A stretch of 64,000 nucleotides of DNA from Myxococcota bacterium (lineage in GTDB: Bacteria > Myxococcota_A > Polyangia > Polyangiales > Sandaracinaceae). The translations under genes were made by a program, and so were the position numbers. The notes under the pieces are model-generated. The model saw only the letters and a list, made by a program, of their open reading frames with translations, ran no database searches and was not told the DNA's origin. Where the stretch lies: NCBI GenBank assembly GCA_036149055.1, contig JAYZQJ010000125.1, forward strand, positions 1-64,000. The letters run 5' to 3'. Each line of letters begins with the position of its first letter. Position 1 is the stretch's first letter. This document shows positions 42,541 to 52,349 of the stretch, one piece after another.

Positions 42541-44040
42541 TTGGACACGATCGTCTACTTCGGATCCGCCTTCGACGCGCTCGCGCTCGACCGGCTCGAG
42601 GGCGCTCGCGCGGCCGAGGACGGCTCGATCCACTACCTCGGTCGAGACGACGCCGGGGTGGCCGCGCGGCGGCGGGTCGTCGGGATCGCCGATCTCCCGC
42701 GCGCGGTCAGCTACGTGCGGCACCGCCCGGTCGACGCCCTCGTGGTCGACGCCCGCGGCCCGGAGCTCGAGCGCGCCGAGCGCCTGCTCGAGGTGCTCTT
42801 CCCGCACGGCCGCATGGGCGGCCCGCTGCTGCGCCGCCGGGTGCTCGCGATCGTCGACGGCATCGAGCCCGCGCACCGCCTCGGTCGGCACGGGGTGGGC
42901 GGTGTGCTCGCCGATCCCGCGACCCTGCCCGAGCGCCTCGAGGGCCTGCTCGCCGGGCGCGGCCACGGCAAGATCGCGATCTGCCTCGCCGGCGGCGGCA
43001 TCGAGGGGCTCCTCTACGAGCTCGGCGTGCTGCGCGCGATCGATCACTTCCTCGAGGACCGCGCGGTGGTCGACGTCGATCTCTTCTGCGGCATCAGCGC
43101 CGGCGCGATCGTCGCGGCCCTGCTCGCCAACGGCGTCGGCCCCGAGGAGATCTTCGCCTCGCTCGACGGCGAGGGGCACCGCCTCGACCCGATCGACCGC
43201 TACACCCTCTTCGAGCCCAACCTCGCCGAGGTGGGGAGCCGGCTCTGGACGCTGCTCGGCGAGCTCGCCCGCGGAGGCCAGGGGCCGCGAGGCGTCATCA
43301 GCTCCTTGACCCGCGCGGTGCCGAGCGCGGCGTTCAGCGGGCGGCGGCTCGGGGACTGGCTCGAGACCCAGCTGAACCGCCCCGGGCTGAGCGACGACTT
43401 CCGCACCCTGCGCCGCCCGCTGTACGTGGGCGCGACCGACCAGGACACCGCGCGCGCGGTGCTCTTCGGCGACGAGCGTCACGACCACGTGCCGGTGCAC
43501 CAGGCGCTCCACGCGTCCTGCGCGCTGGTGCCCTTCTACCCGCCGGTCGAGGTGGACGGCCGCCGCTACATCGACGGCGCCTTCTCGCGCACGACCAACA
43601 TGCGCGAGGCGGCCAAGCGCGGGGCGACGCTCTGCCTCCTGATCGACCCGCTCGTCCCGGTGCGGAGCAGCGAGCCCGGCTACGTGCACGCGCGCGGGGG
43701 CATCTTCTCGGTGGCCCAGGGCCTCAAGGCGCTGATCAACGGTCGCTTCGACAAGGCCAACCACGCCATCGCGGAGATGCACCCGAACGTGGCCTTCCAC
43801 CTCTTCCGCCCCGAGGCGGACGAGATGCGCATCCTCGGCGGCTCGCCGATGAAGTACTTCTATCGCCGCGAGATCGAGGAGATCGCGTTCGAGACGACCT
43901 GCGAGAAGATCCGGGCCGCGCTGCCGCAGCTCGAGCGCGACTTCGCCCTCCACGGCGTGACCTTCCGCGATCCGGACGCGCGCCAGAGTCACCTCCCGCC
44001 GCCGATCCCGTCGCTCCGCCCGGGCGCGCTGGGCCTCTGA
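42541..44040 (+). CDS. Patatin-like phospholipase with N-terminal receiver-like region
   Basis: LAGGGIEG, GISAG, ASCAL, IDGA; TTG start with GGAG SD. Confidence 0.88.
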   Translation: MDTIVYFGSAFDALALDRLEGARAAEDGSIHYLGRDDAGVAARRRVVGIADLPRAVSYVRHRPVDALVVDARGPELERAERLLEVLFPHGRMGGPLLRRRVLAIVDGIEPAHRLGRHGVGGVLADPATLPERLEGLLAGRGHGKIAICLAGGGIEGLLYELGVLRAIDHFLEDRAVVDVDLFCGISAGAIVAALLANGVGPEEIFASLDGEGHRLDPIDRYTLFEPNLAEVGSRLWTLLGELARGGQGPRGVISSLTRAVPSAAFSGRRLGDWLETQLNRPGLSDDFRTLRRPLYVGATDQDTARAVLFGDERHDHVPVHQALHASCALVPFYPPVEVDGRRYIDGAFSRTTNMREAAKRGATLCLLIDPLVPVRSSEPGYVHARGGIFSVAQGLKALINGRFDKANHAIAEMHPNVAFHLFRPEADEMRILGGSPMKYFYRREIEEIAFETTCEKIRAALPQLERDFALHGVTFRDPDARQSHLPPPIPSLRPGALGL

Positions 44041-44849
44041 TGCGCGACGCGCTCGGCCGCGAGGTCACGACACCCGCGCCGCCGCGGCGGATCGTGAGCC
44101 TGGTGCCGAGCGAGACCGAGAGCGTGGCCGCGCTCGCCGGGGTGGAGCGCTTGCTCGGCCGCACCGAGTGGTGCGAGGAGCCGGCCGGCGCGATCGAGCG
44201 CGTCCCGACCTTCGGCGGCACCAAGAACGCCGACGTCGCGGCCATCGTCGCCGCGGCGCCGGACCTGGTGCTCGCCAACAAGGAGGAGAATTCCAGACGC
44301 GACGTGGAGCGGCTCATCGACGCGGGGCTCACCGTCTTCGTGAGCTTCCCGTGCACCGTCGAGGAGAGCCTGGATCACGTCGAGGCGCTCGCCGCGCTCC
44401 TCCACGTCCAGCCGCCGCCGCGGCCCTCGCCCGCCCGGCGGGCCGGGGCGCTGCCGGTGTGCGTGCCGATCTGGCGGGACCCGTGGATGACGATGGACGG
44501 GCGCACCTACGGGAGCGACCTGCTGGCCTGGCTGGGGTGCGACAACGTCTTCTCCGATCGCGCGCGGCGCTACCCGCTCGCGGCCGACGTCGGAGACGCG
44601 GCGCCCGCGGATCCCGGCGCGCGGGACACGCGCTATCCGCGGGTCAGCGAGGCGGAGCTGAGGGAGCGCGCGCCCCGGCTCGTGCTCCTGCCGGACGAGC
44701 CCTACCGCTTCGACGAGACCCACGTGGCGGAGCTGCGCGGGTGGGGGCTCGAGGGGCTGCTCGTGTCGGGGAAAGACCTGTTCTGGTACGGCGTCCGCAC
44801 GGCGGGGGCGCTCGCGCGCCTCGACGCGGCCCTCGCGCCGCATCGGTGA
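44040..44849 (+). CDS. Helical-backbone metal/cobalamin receptor (BtuF-like)
   Basis: RRIVSLVPSETE, GGTKN, PDLVLANKEEN, LLPDEPYRF, WYG; TGATG coupling. Confidence 0.85.
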   Translation: MRDALGREVTTPAPPRRIVSLVPSETESVAALAGVERLLGRTEWCEEPAGAIERVPTFGGTKNADVAAIVAAAPDLVLANKEENSRRDVERLIDAGLTVFVSFPCTVEESLDHVEALAALLHVQPPPRPSPARRAGALPVCVPIWRDPWMTMDGRTYGSDLLAWLGCDNVFSDRARRYPLAADVGDAAPADPGARDTRYPRVSEAELRERAPRLVLLPDEPYRFDETHVAELRGWGLEGLLVSGKDLFWYGVRTAGALARLDAALAPHR

Positions 44850-44914
44850 CGTTCGCCGCAGATCGTGCGCGTTCGCCCCGGTCCGTCTGAACGATTTCAG
44901 CGTGGACGCCCGCG

Positions 44915-44930
44915 TGGCGTGGCCCTTGCG
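44915..44930 (+). promoter_or_regulatory. Putative sigma54 promoter of PilZ gene
   Basis: TGGCGTGGCCCTTGCG (GG-N10-GC), 25 nt before ATG with AGAGGAG SD. Confidence 0.65.
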
Positions 44931-44955
44931 TTGCCTCACAGCGAAGAGGAGACCC

Positions 44956-45276
44956 ATGCAGCGCCTCGCCGAGCTCTTGCCCACCGGACCCGCCGACGAC
45001 TGGACGCACCGCGGCGCCCGTCGACGGGACACCCGCTACCCGGTGCACGCCAGCGTGCGCGTCCCCGACGTCGGCCTCGCCGGGGTCGTGCTCAACGCCA
45101 GCGCCGGCGGCCTACGCGTGGCCCTCGACGGCATGGTGCGCGAGGGCGACGCGCTGGCGCTCGAGCTCGAGTTCCCGAGCCGCGGCGCGGAGGCGAAGAC
45201 CGGCCGCGAGCGGGCCGAGGTCGTCTGGGCGCGCACCCTCCCGGACGGTTGCCTGGCCGGCCTGCGCTTCGTCTGA
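44956..45276 (+). CDS. PilZ domain protein
   Basis: RRDTR (RxxxR), NASAGG (D/NxSxxG), AEVVW, GLRF. Confidence 0.88.
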   Translation: MQRLAELLPTGPADDWTHRGARRRDTRYPVHASVRVPDVGLAGVVLNASAGGLRVALDGMVREGDALALELEFPSRGAEAKTGRERAEVVWARTLPDGCLAGLRFV

Positions 45277-45280
45277 ACGC

Positions 45281-45316
45281 GAAACGCCCCGGAGCCTGTC
45301 GGCGCCGGGGCGTCTC
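45281..45316. terminator. Hairpin between convergent genes
   Basis: gaaacgccccgg...ccggggcgtctc. Confidence 0.5.
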
Positions 45317-45336
45317 CGCGGGTCAGCGACGCGCCG

Positions 45337-48300
45337 CTACGGGCACTCGTCGCGGTTGCCGAGACCTCGGAAGCCGGTGCTGACGTCCCAGACCTCGCCG
45401 TCCCACTCCACCGACGGGTCGAACGCGTCGCCGCTGTTCGGGTCGCCGGTGGTGAGCGAGCAGTCGCGGGTGAGGCGGTAGTCCATCGTGCCGAGGCCGC
45501 CGCCCTCCCAGGCCATGCCCGGGTCCTCGCCGACGCGGCCGAAGCTGTCCACCACCATGCCGGCGCAGATCAGCTCGTAGGCGTCGTCGCCGTTGTGGTT
45601 GATGGTGCCGCTGGTCATGTCGCAGAGGCCGGGCATCGCGATGCTGCCGTTGCAGATCACGAAGACGTCGCCGGCCGCGAGCGTGCCCATGAGGGACACG
45701 CTGCTCGAGGACGTGCTGCCGTTGGTGTAGCGGTGGATCTCGCAGGCCGCGAGGTCCGCCGGCGCGCCGCCGACGTTCACGATCTCCAGCGCCTTGTTGT
45801 TCGAGTTGCCCTCGACGTACTCGCTGAAGAAGACCGCCGCGGGGGTCGCCACGGTCACGCTCGCGGTCGCCATGTCACCCATGTACGAGGCGGTGACCAT
45901 GCCGGTCGCCTCGAGCGCGCTCGCGGCGTAGTCGGCGCTCGCGCTGCGCATCCCCTCGGGCACGACGATGGTCGGCGCGCCGGTGAGGATGGTGGCCGGC
46001 GAGGGCGTGATGGTGACCGCCGCGCCCCCGACCGGCGCCGCCATCGGCAGCACCACGGTGAGGGTGACCATCGAGCCCGGGGGCGTGATGATCGCGGCCG
46101 GCGAGAGGCGGAGCGCGTCGAAGCCGACGTCGATGGTGTCGCGCGGCAGCATGCGGTTGTCGCCGAAGGCGAAGGTGAGCGGCCCCTGGATGAACGAGAA
46201 CATCTCGTCCATCGCCGGCGGCGGGTCGATGCTGAACAGCTCCTGCGCGATGCGGAGCGAGCCGTTCACCTCGAACTGGCCGAAGCCGAGGTCGGGGTTG
46301 GTCACCGTCACCGAGTCGACGCGCAGGAGCACGCTCTCGAGCGCCTCGGAGCGCGGGCCGCCGGTGGCCACGTCGCTGGGGCTGACGACGAGCGGCGCCG
46401 GCTCCATGTCGCTGGCGGTGACGGTCACGCCGGTGCTCTCCACCTGGGCGAGGCCGAAGAAGTCGGCCGGCGCGCCGGTGACCTCGACCACGTCGCCGCG
46501 GCTGACGGTCGGCGCGGCGCCGGTGAAGATGAAGAGGCCGCTGTAGTCCACGCCCGCGTAGTCGGTGGATCCCTCGAGCTGCTGCGCGAAGAAGCCGTTG
46601 TCGTCGAGGGCGGTGACCACGAGGTCGCTCAGCGTGACCGCGCCGGAGGTGGCGCCGCAGCGGACGGCGTAGACCGTCTGCGCGCCGGCCATCACCGCGA
46701 TGTCGGGGCAGCCGTCGCAGACGTCGCCGATGCCGTCGCCGTCCCGGTCCGCCTGGTCTTCGTTGGGCGTGGTCGGGCAGTTGTCGGTGTCGTTGTCGGT
46801 GCCGTCGCCGTCGATGTCGCTCGCGTCGACCGGGTCGGCGTCACAGGCGTCGCCCATTCCGTCGCCGTCGGAGTCGGCCTGCGCGCCGTTGTCCAGCGGG
46901 CGGATCGGGTTGAACACCATCGGGCAGTTGTCCGACGCGTTCATGATGCCGTCGCCGTCCATGTCGTCGGCCGAGCTCATGCCCGTGTAGTAGTTGCTGC
47001 CGTTGACCATCGCGTCGGGGCTGGTCATGCGCGTGCGCTCGGGGAGGCAGCTCGGCTCGCCCTCGGGCTCGCCACAGAAGAAGAGCGGGTACTGCATCTC
47101 GCGGCGGTTGGCCTCGCTCATGAGGTCGCCGAAGGAGGTCGACAGCTCCTGCAGACAGACGCTCTTGGCGCTGCCGCAGACGTCGCCGACCGTGTCGCAG
47201 CCGGAGCGCAGCCCGTCGATCACGCCGCTGTCGCCGAAGAGCGCGTCGCCGCCGCGCATCACGAGCACGACGTCGTCGGGGCCGGCGCCGAGGACCGCGC
47301 GGTGGTCGCGCGCGCTCGAGGCGTCGTAGATGGCGATGTCGGCCTGGGCGCCCACCGCGAGCACGCCGATCTGGCTCTCCATGCGGAAGGCGGTGGCGGT
47401 GTTGCGGGTGGCCATGAGCCACATCTGCTCGTCGGGGAAGAAGCCGGAGAGGTGGTTCGCGTTGAACTGGTCCACGCAGACGAGCTCGCGGAGCATGTTC
47501 ATCGAGCCGGAGCGCACCCAGTCGGTGCCGAGGCCGATCGGCACGCCGAGGTGGGCGTACTCGGTCACGCGCGCGGTGTCGCCGTAGAGCGTGATGTTGG
47601 TGCGGGGCGACCAGATGAGCTCGACGTCCTCGATCGCCATCTCGGCGATGTCGGCGGCGAGCAGGCCGACGCCGTGGATGAAGGCGCTGACCGGCATCAC
47701 GAAGTCGCGGTCGCCGTCGCGCATGCAGCGGAACTCGTTGCGCGCCTCCTCGTTGATGCCCTCGGCCACGTGGGGCACGAAGGCGTGGAGGCCCATGACG
47801 CTGCTGGCGGTGCAGCTGCTGCAGTAGGAGTAGCCGCAGCTGTCGGTGAACTGGGTCTCACCCGAGTCGCCGAGGGGGAAGGTCTCGTACTCCGCCTCGA
47901 CGCCGAGGCCGTTGCGGCCGTCGTTGTCGAGGTTGCGGAGCAGACCGTCGGGGCCGCCGCTGCCGAACACGCTGGTGGTGCCGCTCATCAGCTGCCGGAG
48001 CTCGTTCCAGAGCATCTCCTCGGTGGTGGCGCGACCGCCGCCCGCCGACACGCTGGTGTGCGGGGGGCTCGGCTCGTTGGTGCGCCAGTCGTGGCGGTGC
48101 TCGTAGCGCTCGTCGGTGAGCAGCCCCTCGGCCGGGTAGGGCACGGTGTTGTTGAACGTGATGTGGTCGTGGCCGTTGATGAGGCCGGGGCTGACCACGC
48201 TGTCGGGGCAGACGAGCTGGGTCGCGCCGCCCGCGCCCGCCTCGCCGGAGCAGTCGCAGCCGACGCAGGCGATCCGCCCGTCGGCGCCCACGAGGACCTG

Positions 48301-48621
48301 ACCGCCGCGGAAGACCTCGCCGGGGGTGAGCACGTCGCCCGTGATGAGCACGTTGTCGTCACCCGAGGTCACGTCGCACCGGCCGGAGCTCGGCGGCGGC
48401 AGCGCGTCGCCGGGGCAGGTGGTGATGATGGGCGGGGGGAAGAGGTCGCTCGGCGGCATGCCGCCGTCGCCGCCATCGGTGGGCGGGACCTCGCCGTCGG
48501 TGGTGCCACCGTCGGTGGGCACCATGCCGTCGACCGGCGCCGGCCCGTCGTCACACGCGACGAGGCAGAGAGAGAGGAGGAGCGCCGTCGGCAGCGCGTG
48601 AAGGAAGGATCGGTGAAGCAT
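45337..48621 (-). CDS. Amidohydrolase-family lipoprotein with TSP3 repeats, OB-fold-like and lamin-tail-like domains
   Basis: LVAC lipobox; [31 protein letters not shown]....DNCP...[28 protein letters not shown]. Confidence 0.88.
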   Translation of the reverse strand: MLHRSFLHALPTALLLSLCLVACDDGPAPVDGMVPTDGGTTDGEVPPTDGGDGGMPPSDLFPPPIITTCPGDALPPPSSGRCDVTSGDDNVLITGDVLTPGEVFRGGQVLVGADGRIACVGCDCSGEAGAGGATQLVCPDSVVSPGLINGHDHITFNNTVPYPAEGLLTDERYEHRHDWRTNEPSPPHTSVSAGGGRATTEEMLWNELRQLMSGTTSVFGSGGPDGLLRNLDNDGRNGLGVEAEYETFPLGDSGETQFTDSCGYSYCSSCTASSVMGLHAFVPHVAEGINEEARNEFRCMRDGDRDFVMPVSAFIHGVGLLAADIAEMAIEDVELIWSPRTNITLYGDTARVTEYAHLGVPIGLGTDWVRSGSMNMLRELVCVDQFNANHLSGFFPDEQMWLMATRNTATAFRMESQIGVLAVGAQADIAIYDASSARDHRAVLGAGPDDVVLVMRGGDALFGDSGVIDGLRSGCDTVGDVCGSAKSVCLQELSTSFGDLMSEANRREMQYPLFFCGEPEGEPSCLPERTRMTSPDAMVNGSNYYTGMSSADDMDGDGIMNASDNCPMVFNPIRPLDNGAQADSDGDGMGDACDADPVDASDIDGDGTDNDTDNCPTTPNEDQADRDGDGIGDVCDGCPDIAVMAGAQTVYAVRCGATSGAVTLSDLVVTALDDNGFFAQQLEGSTDYAGVDYSGLFIFTGAAPTVSRGDVVEVTGAPADFFGLAQVESTGVTVTASDMEPAPLVVSPSDVATGGPRSEALESVLLRVDSVTVTNPDLGFGQFEVNGSLRIAQELFSIDPPPAMDEMFSFIQGPLTFAFGDNRMLPRDTIDVGFDALRLSPAAIITPPGSMVTLTVVLPMAAPVGGAAVTITPSPATILTGAPTIVVPEGMRSASADYAASALEATGMVTASYMGDMATASVTVATPAAVFFSEYVEGNSNNKALEIVNVGGAPADLAACEIHRYTNGSTSSSSVSLMGTLAAGDVFVICNGSIAMPGLCDMTSGTINHNGDDAYELICAGMVVDSFGRVGEDPGMAWEGGGLGTMDYRLTRDCSLTTGDPNSGDAFDPSVEWDGEVWDVSTGFRGLGNRDECP

Positions 48622-48783
48622 CGCCCCCTTTGTCACGGGCGATCCCCCTTCGGTCAAGCGCACATTGGGTGACACCGTGCGTCCCCTCGCATCCGTGGGG
48701 AGAAGAGAAGGAAGGGAAGGGTGGGGCGGGATGCTTCGGGGCGCCCGTCCGGCGGGCACGGGGCTGGGGGCGGGGCGTTCGGG

Positions 48784-49041
48784 TCAGATCCGCTCGATCG
48801 AGTGCACGAGCTCGGGGACGAAGTGGACGCGGGGGCGCACCAGGCTCCTGCGTCGGTGGCGGTCGCGGACGTCGATGCGAGAGCCCTCCGGGCCGATGGT
48901 GCCGCCTTCGACGAGGTCGTCCTCGAAGGTGAACTCGGCGTCCGGCGGGGTCGAGGGGGCGGGGCGGCTCTGGGCGGAGGCGACGCCTCCGAAGGCGAGG
49001 GCCAAGGTCAGGGCGGCGAGCGTGGTCAGGATGATGCGCAT
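48784..49041 (-). CDS. CglF/GltF-like small secreted gliding-motility family protein
   Basis: Signal peptide (ASA-Q); FTFEDDLVEG...P.G..I......SLVRPRVHFVPELVHSIERI. Confidence 0.75.
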   Translation of the reverse strand: MRIILTTLAALTLALAFGGVASAQSRPAPSTPPDAEFTFEDDLVEGGTIGPEGSRIDVRDRHRRRSLVRPRVHFVPELVHSIERI

Positions 49042-49160
49042 GGGTTCCTCCTGCTCGCGCCTGACGGGCGGGGGCGGGATTGGATCCAATTTTCTTCGCT
49101 GCTACGTTCCCGCCGCGGCTGTACCGCCTCGCGGACGGCACGCGGAACGGAGTCAGAGCG

Positions 49161-49568
49161 ATGAAGCGCAGGATGTTCCTGGGGAAGATCCACCGGGCTC
49201 GGATCACCCACGCCGACCTCCACTACGAGGGCAGCGTGACGATCGACGGCACCCTGATGGACGCGGCCGGCATGCTCGAGCACGAGGAGGTGCACGTCTG
49301 GAACGTGACCCGCGGCACCCGCCTCGTGACCTACACGCTGCGGGGCCCCGAGGGCTCGGGCGTCATCTGCATCAACGGCGCGGCGGCCCACGGCAACGCC
49401 CCCGGCGACACCGTCATCCTCGCCACCTTCGGCGAGATGGAGGACGCCGAGGCCCGCGCCTGGCAGCCCAAGGTCGTCTTCGTCGACGACGACAACGCCG
49501 TCCGCGAGATCGAGGCCGAGCGGCCGGGCCCGGCGATGCCCCGCCACCTCGCCGAGATGCCCAGCTGA
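49161..49568 (+). CDS. panD: Aspartate 1-decarboxylase
   Basis: [36 protein letters not shown]. Confidence 0.97.
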   Translation: MKRRMFLGKIHRARITHADLHYEGSVTIDGTLMDAAGMLEHEEVHVWNVTRGTRLVTYTLRGPEGSGVICINGAAAHGNAPGDTVILATFGEMEDAEARAWQPKVVFVDDDNAVREIEAERPGPAMPRHLAEMPS

Positions 49569-49650
49569 CGGCTCCTGCCGCGGCGTCGCGGTCGACGAGC
49601 GTCTTGTCGAGATCGAACGCGACGGCTCGAACCCGGTCGGGGGCGCTCAC
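49565..49650 (-). pseudogene. Truncated HAD-family hydrolase (N-terminal fragment only)
   Basis: GTG overlapping the sulfotransferase stop; VRAVAFDLDKTLVDRDAA (HAD motif I), then runs into antisense panD. Confidence 0.65.
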
Positions 49651-50534
49651 GCCGGCTCCTCGAGCGCGGCGAGCACGGCGCGCGGATCGGGCGAGGGCCG
49701 CCTCGTCACCGGGGCGCCGCGCGCGAGCTCGCCGATCCGAGGCTCGTAGCCGAGCGCGGATGCGAGCCGACTCGTCTCCCGCTCGTGCTCCTCGATCTCG
49801 AGCGAGGTCCACGTCTCCGGTCTGCGCGGCGGGTTGGGCCCGGTGTGGACTCTCTTGTGCACCAGCTCTTCGAACGCCGGCGCCTCCAGCGTGGGCTCCC
49901 AGCCGAGGAAGCGCGCGAGCCGTCCATACGCGGCGTGGTCGAGATCTTCGATGCGCTGGATGCGCCCGCGGTCCTCGGGCAGGCGCGTGAGCTGCTCGAC
50001 GATGGCGCGGTAGCGCGCGTTCCAGAACCAGGCGAGCTTGCCGATCTGCGAGAGCCCCCTCCACCGATCCAGCTCGGGCTGGGTGCGGGGCAGGTTTCGA
50101 CCGAAGAAGTGTCGGGGCTCCATCGCGTCGGGCAGGGTGGGCGGCCGCGTCGCGTCGGCCCACGGGATGGGCTCGAGGAACCAACCGCGAGCGGCGAACG
50201 ACGCGACCGTGTGGTCGGGGCGGCGCACGAGCATCACGAACCTGGCGTCGTATCGCTCGTACAGCTCGGCGATCGAGTGCGAGAGCAGCGCGCTCACCTC
50301 GAAGGAGACGCGACGCGCGGCGAGGTCCTCCTGGACGACGGCGTCCCGGTCCCGGAGGAAGCCCTCGGGATCGATCGGGATGCGGTGCCACTTGCAGAAC
50401 ATGTGGAAGGTGGCGGCGCGGCGCAGGCGCTCGTGCGACGCCGCGACCGCAGGCTCGCGATCGGCGAGCCGCGACAGCAGCGTCGTCCCGCAACGTCCGC
50501 TGCCCACCCCGAACGCGACCGTTCCCTCGGGCAT
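49647..50534 (-). CDS. Sulfotransferase-family (P-loop-like) protein
   Basis: FGVGSGRCGTTLL, SHE, ARFVMLVRRP..TVAS, RIEDL, LARFLG, ASALGY. Confidence 0.78.
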   Translation of the reverse strand: MPEGTVAFGVGSGRCGTTLLSRLADREPAVAASHERLRRAATFHMFCKWHRIPIDPEGFLRDRDAVVQEDLAARRVSFEVSALLSHSIAELYERYDARFVMLVRRPDHTVASFAARGWFLEPIPWADATRPPTLPDAMEPRHFFGRNLPRTQPELDRWRGLSQIGKLAWFWNARYRAIVEQLTRLPEDRGRIQRIEDLDHAAYGRLARFLGWEPTLEAPAFEELVHKRVHTGPNPPRRPETWTSLEIEEHERETSRLASALGYEPRIGELARGAPVTRRPSPDPRAVLAALEEPA

Positions 50535-50647
50535 CCTCACCGGCAGAGGCGCGGCTCGGCCCCGCAAAGATGATGGTGGAGAGCGCACATGAACGGATAC
50601 TACACCCGCGCTTGGCAGCATCCGCCGCCGAGATTACGCTCGCGACC

Positions 50648-51562
50648 GTGCTCGAGCCCGCCACGCCTCGGACCGTCGGCACCGAGCTCGTCCGGAGAGA
50701 GAGCCGGTTGGACGCGTCGGTCAACTGGGTGCGCGAGGTCGACCGCGGGCTGATCGAGGCGCGCTACGTCCGCCGGAGCGATGACTACTTCGTCGTCTAT
50801 CTCTCCTCGCAGACCGGCTGCCGGCAGGCGTGCCGCATGTGTCACCTGACGGCCACGAAGCAGACGCGCATGCGCGACGTGACCCTCGAGGAGCTCCACG
50901 CGCAGGCCGACGTGGTGCTGCAGCACTACCGGCGAATTCGCGACGCCCGACCCGCTCGCGAGGTGCACTACAACTTCATGGCGCGGGGAGAGCCGCTGGT
51001 GAGTCCGGTCGTGTTGCACGACTCCGCGACCCTCTTCGACGGCCTCTGGCGACGGGCGCGCGAAGCCGCGGTCCGGCCGCGGTTCCTCGTCTCGACGATC
51101 CTGCCGCGCGCCCTCGGTGACCGCGCCCTCGAGGAGGTCTTCGACCGCTATCACCCGGAGCTCTATTACTCGCTCTACTCCACCGACGAGGACTTCCGGC
51201 GGCGCTGGCTGCCGAACGCGCTCCCGACCGGCGAAGCGCTCGACCGTCTGGCCGCCTGGCAGCGCGCCACCTACAAGATCATCAAGATCCACCACGCGCT
51301 GATCGACGGCGAGAACGACCGCGACGCCGACGTTCACGCCATCTGCGACGCGCTCGAGGCGCGCGGCCTCTATGTGCACGTGAACATCGTGCGCTACAAC
51401 CCCGCGTCGGAGCGGCTCGGCCGCGAGGCGCCGGAGCCCGTCATCGCCCGCCACGTCGACATCTTTCGGCGCCGACTTCCGAGTGCCCGCGTCAAAGTGA
51501 TCCCGCGCGTGGGCTTCGACGTCGCCGCGTCGTGCGGCATGTTCGTCGCGCCGGAGCGTTGA
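50648..51562 (+). CDS. Short RlmN/Cfr-like radical SAM protein
   Basis: YLSSQTGCRQACRMCHL (CxxxCxxC), NFMARGEP, GEND, NIVRYNP, VGFDVAASCGMF; start may be 50570. Confidence 0.85.
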   Translation: MLEPATPRTVGTELVRRESRLDASVNWVREVDRGLIEARYVRRSDDYFVVYLSSQTGCRQACRMCHLTATKQTRMRDVTLEELHAQADVVLQHYRRIRDARPAREVHYNFMARGEPLVSPVVLHDSATLFDGLWRRAREAAVRPRFLVSTILPRALGDRALEEVFDRYHPELYYSLYSTDEDFRRRWLPNALPTGEALDRLAAWQRATYKIIKIHHALIDGENDRDADVHAICDALEARGLYVHVNIVRYNPASERLGREAPEPVIARHVDIFRRRLPSARVKVIPRVGFDVAASCGMFVAPER

Positions 51563-51563
51563 A

Positions 51564-52349
51564 ATGCGGCGGTCGCCAGGGGCGGAACACGACGCGGCCG
51601 CGCGGCGACACCGCGCGCAAGAGGGCTTGTTGCTGCGGGTTGCACGTCGTGAGCCCGAGGCCTTCGCGCTCCGCGGCGGGATGCGCATGCGGCAGCTGAC
51701 CGTCGCGCGAGAGCGACCGGCTCTCGACGTCGATCTCGTGTGGCGCGGGGGCGCGGACTCGCGGGGGATCGCGGAGCTGCTGCGCGGCGCGCTGGCCGAC
51801 GACCAGGTGGGCGACGGGGTCGAGCTCGACCCGGCGCGGCTGCGTGTCGACGCCATGCAGGGGCCGCGCGGGCTGATGGGCTACCGCGCGATCACCCCCG
51901 CTCGCGTCGATGGTGTAGGCGTGGATCTGCGCGTCGATCTGCGCACCGATCTCCAGATCTGGCCGCCTCCCCGCGTCGAGCGGTTCCGCGCGACGACGGG
52001 GGAGGCGTGGCTGGCGCAGTGCGCGCCCGAGACGCTGCTGGGCCGCAAGGTGCAGGTCATCGTGGAGGCGGGGACCGATCGCTGGCGCGCGAAGGACCTG
52101 CTCGACGTGTCCCGGTTGCTCTCCGGGCAGCCCCTCGACGACGCGATCATCGAACGAGCCTGCGCCGACGCCTTCGCCACGGTGGGTTCGAGCCTGGAGG
52201 CGGCGCGTGACGTATGGGCGAGCCCCGACCTGCTGGGAGGTCGGCGAGCGCGGCTGCGGTGGCGGCGCGCGGGCGGCGCGCGAACGCTGGACGAAGTGGT
52301 CGCAGGGGTGCGACGAAGGTTGGCGCCGATCCTGGGAGGGGGCTCGTGA
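51564..52349 (+). CDS. AbiEii/AbiGii-like nucleotidyltransferase
   Basis: EGLLLRVA, FALRGG, LDVDL, PETLLGRK, RAKDLLDV, AFAT. Confidence 0.7.
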   Translation: MRRSPGAEHDAAARRHRAQEGLLLRVARREPEAFALRGGMRMRQLTVARERPALDVDLVWRGGADSRGIAELLRGALADDQVGDGVELDPARLRVDAMQGPRGLMGYRAITPARVDGVGVDLRVDLRTDLQIWPPPRVERFRATTGEAWLAQCAPETLLGRKVQVIVEAGTDRWRAKDLLDVSRLLSGQPLDDAIIERACADAFATVGSSLEAARDVWASPDLLGGRRARLRWRRAGGARTLDEVVAGVRRRLAPILGGGS

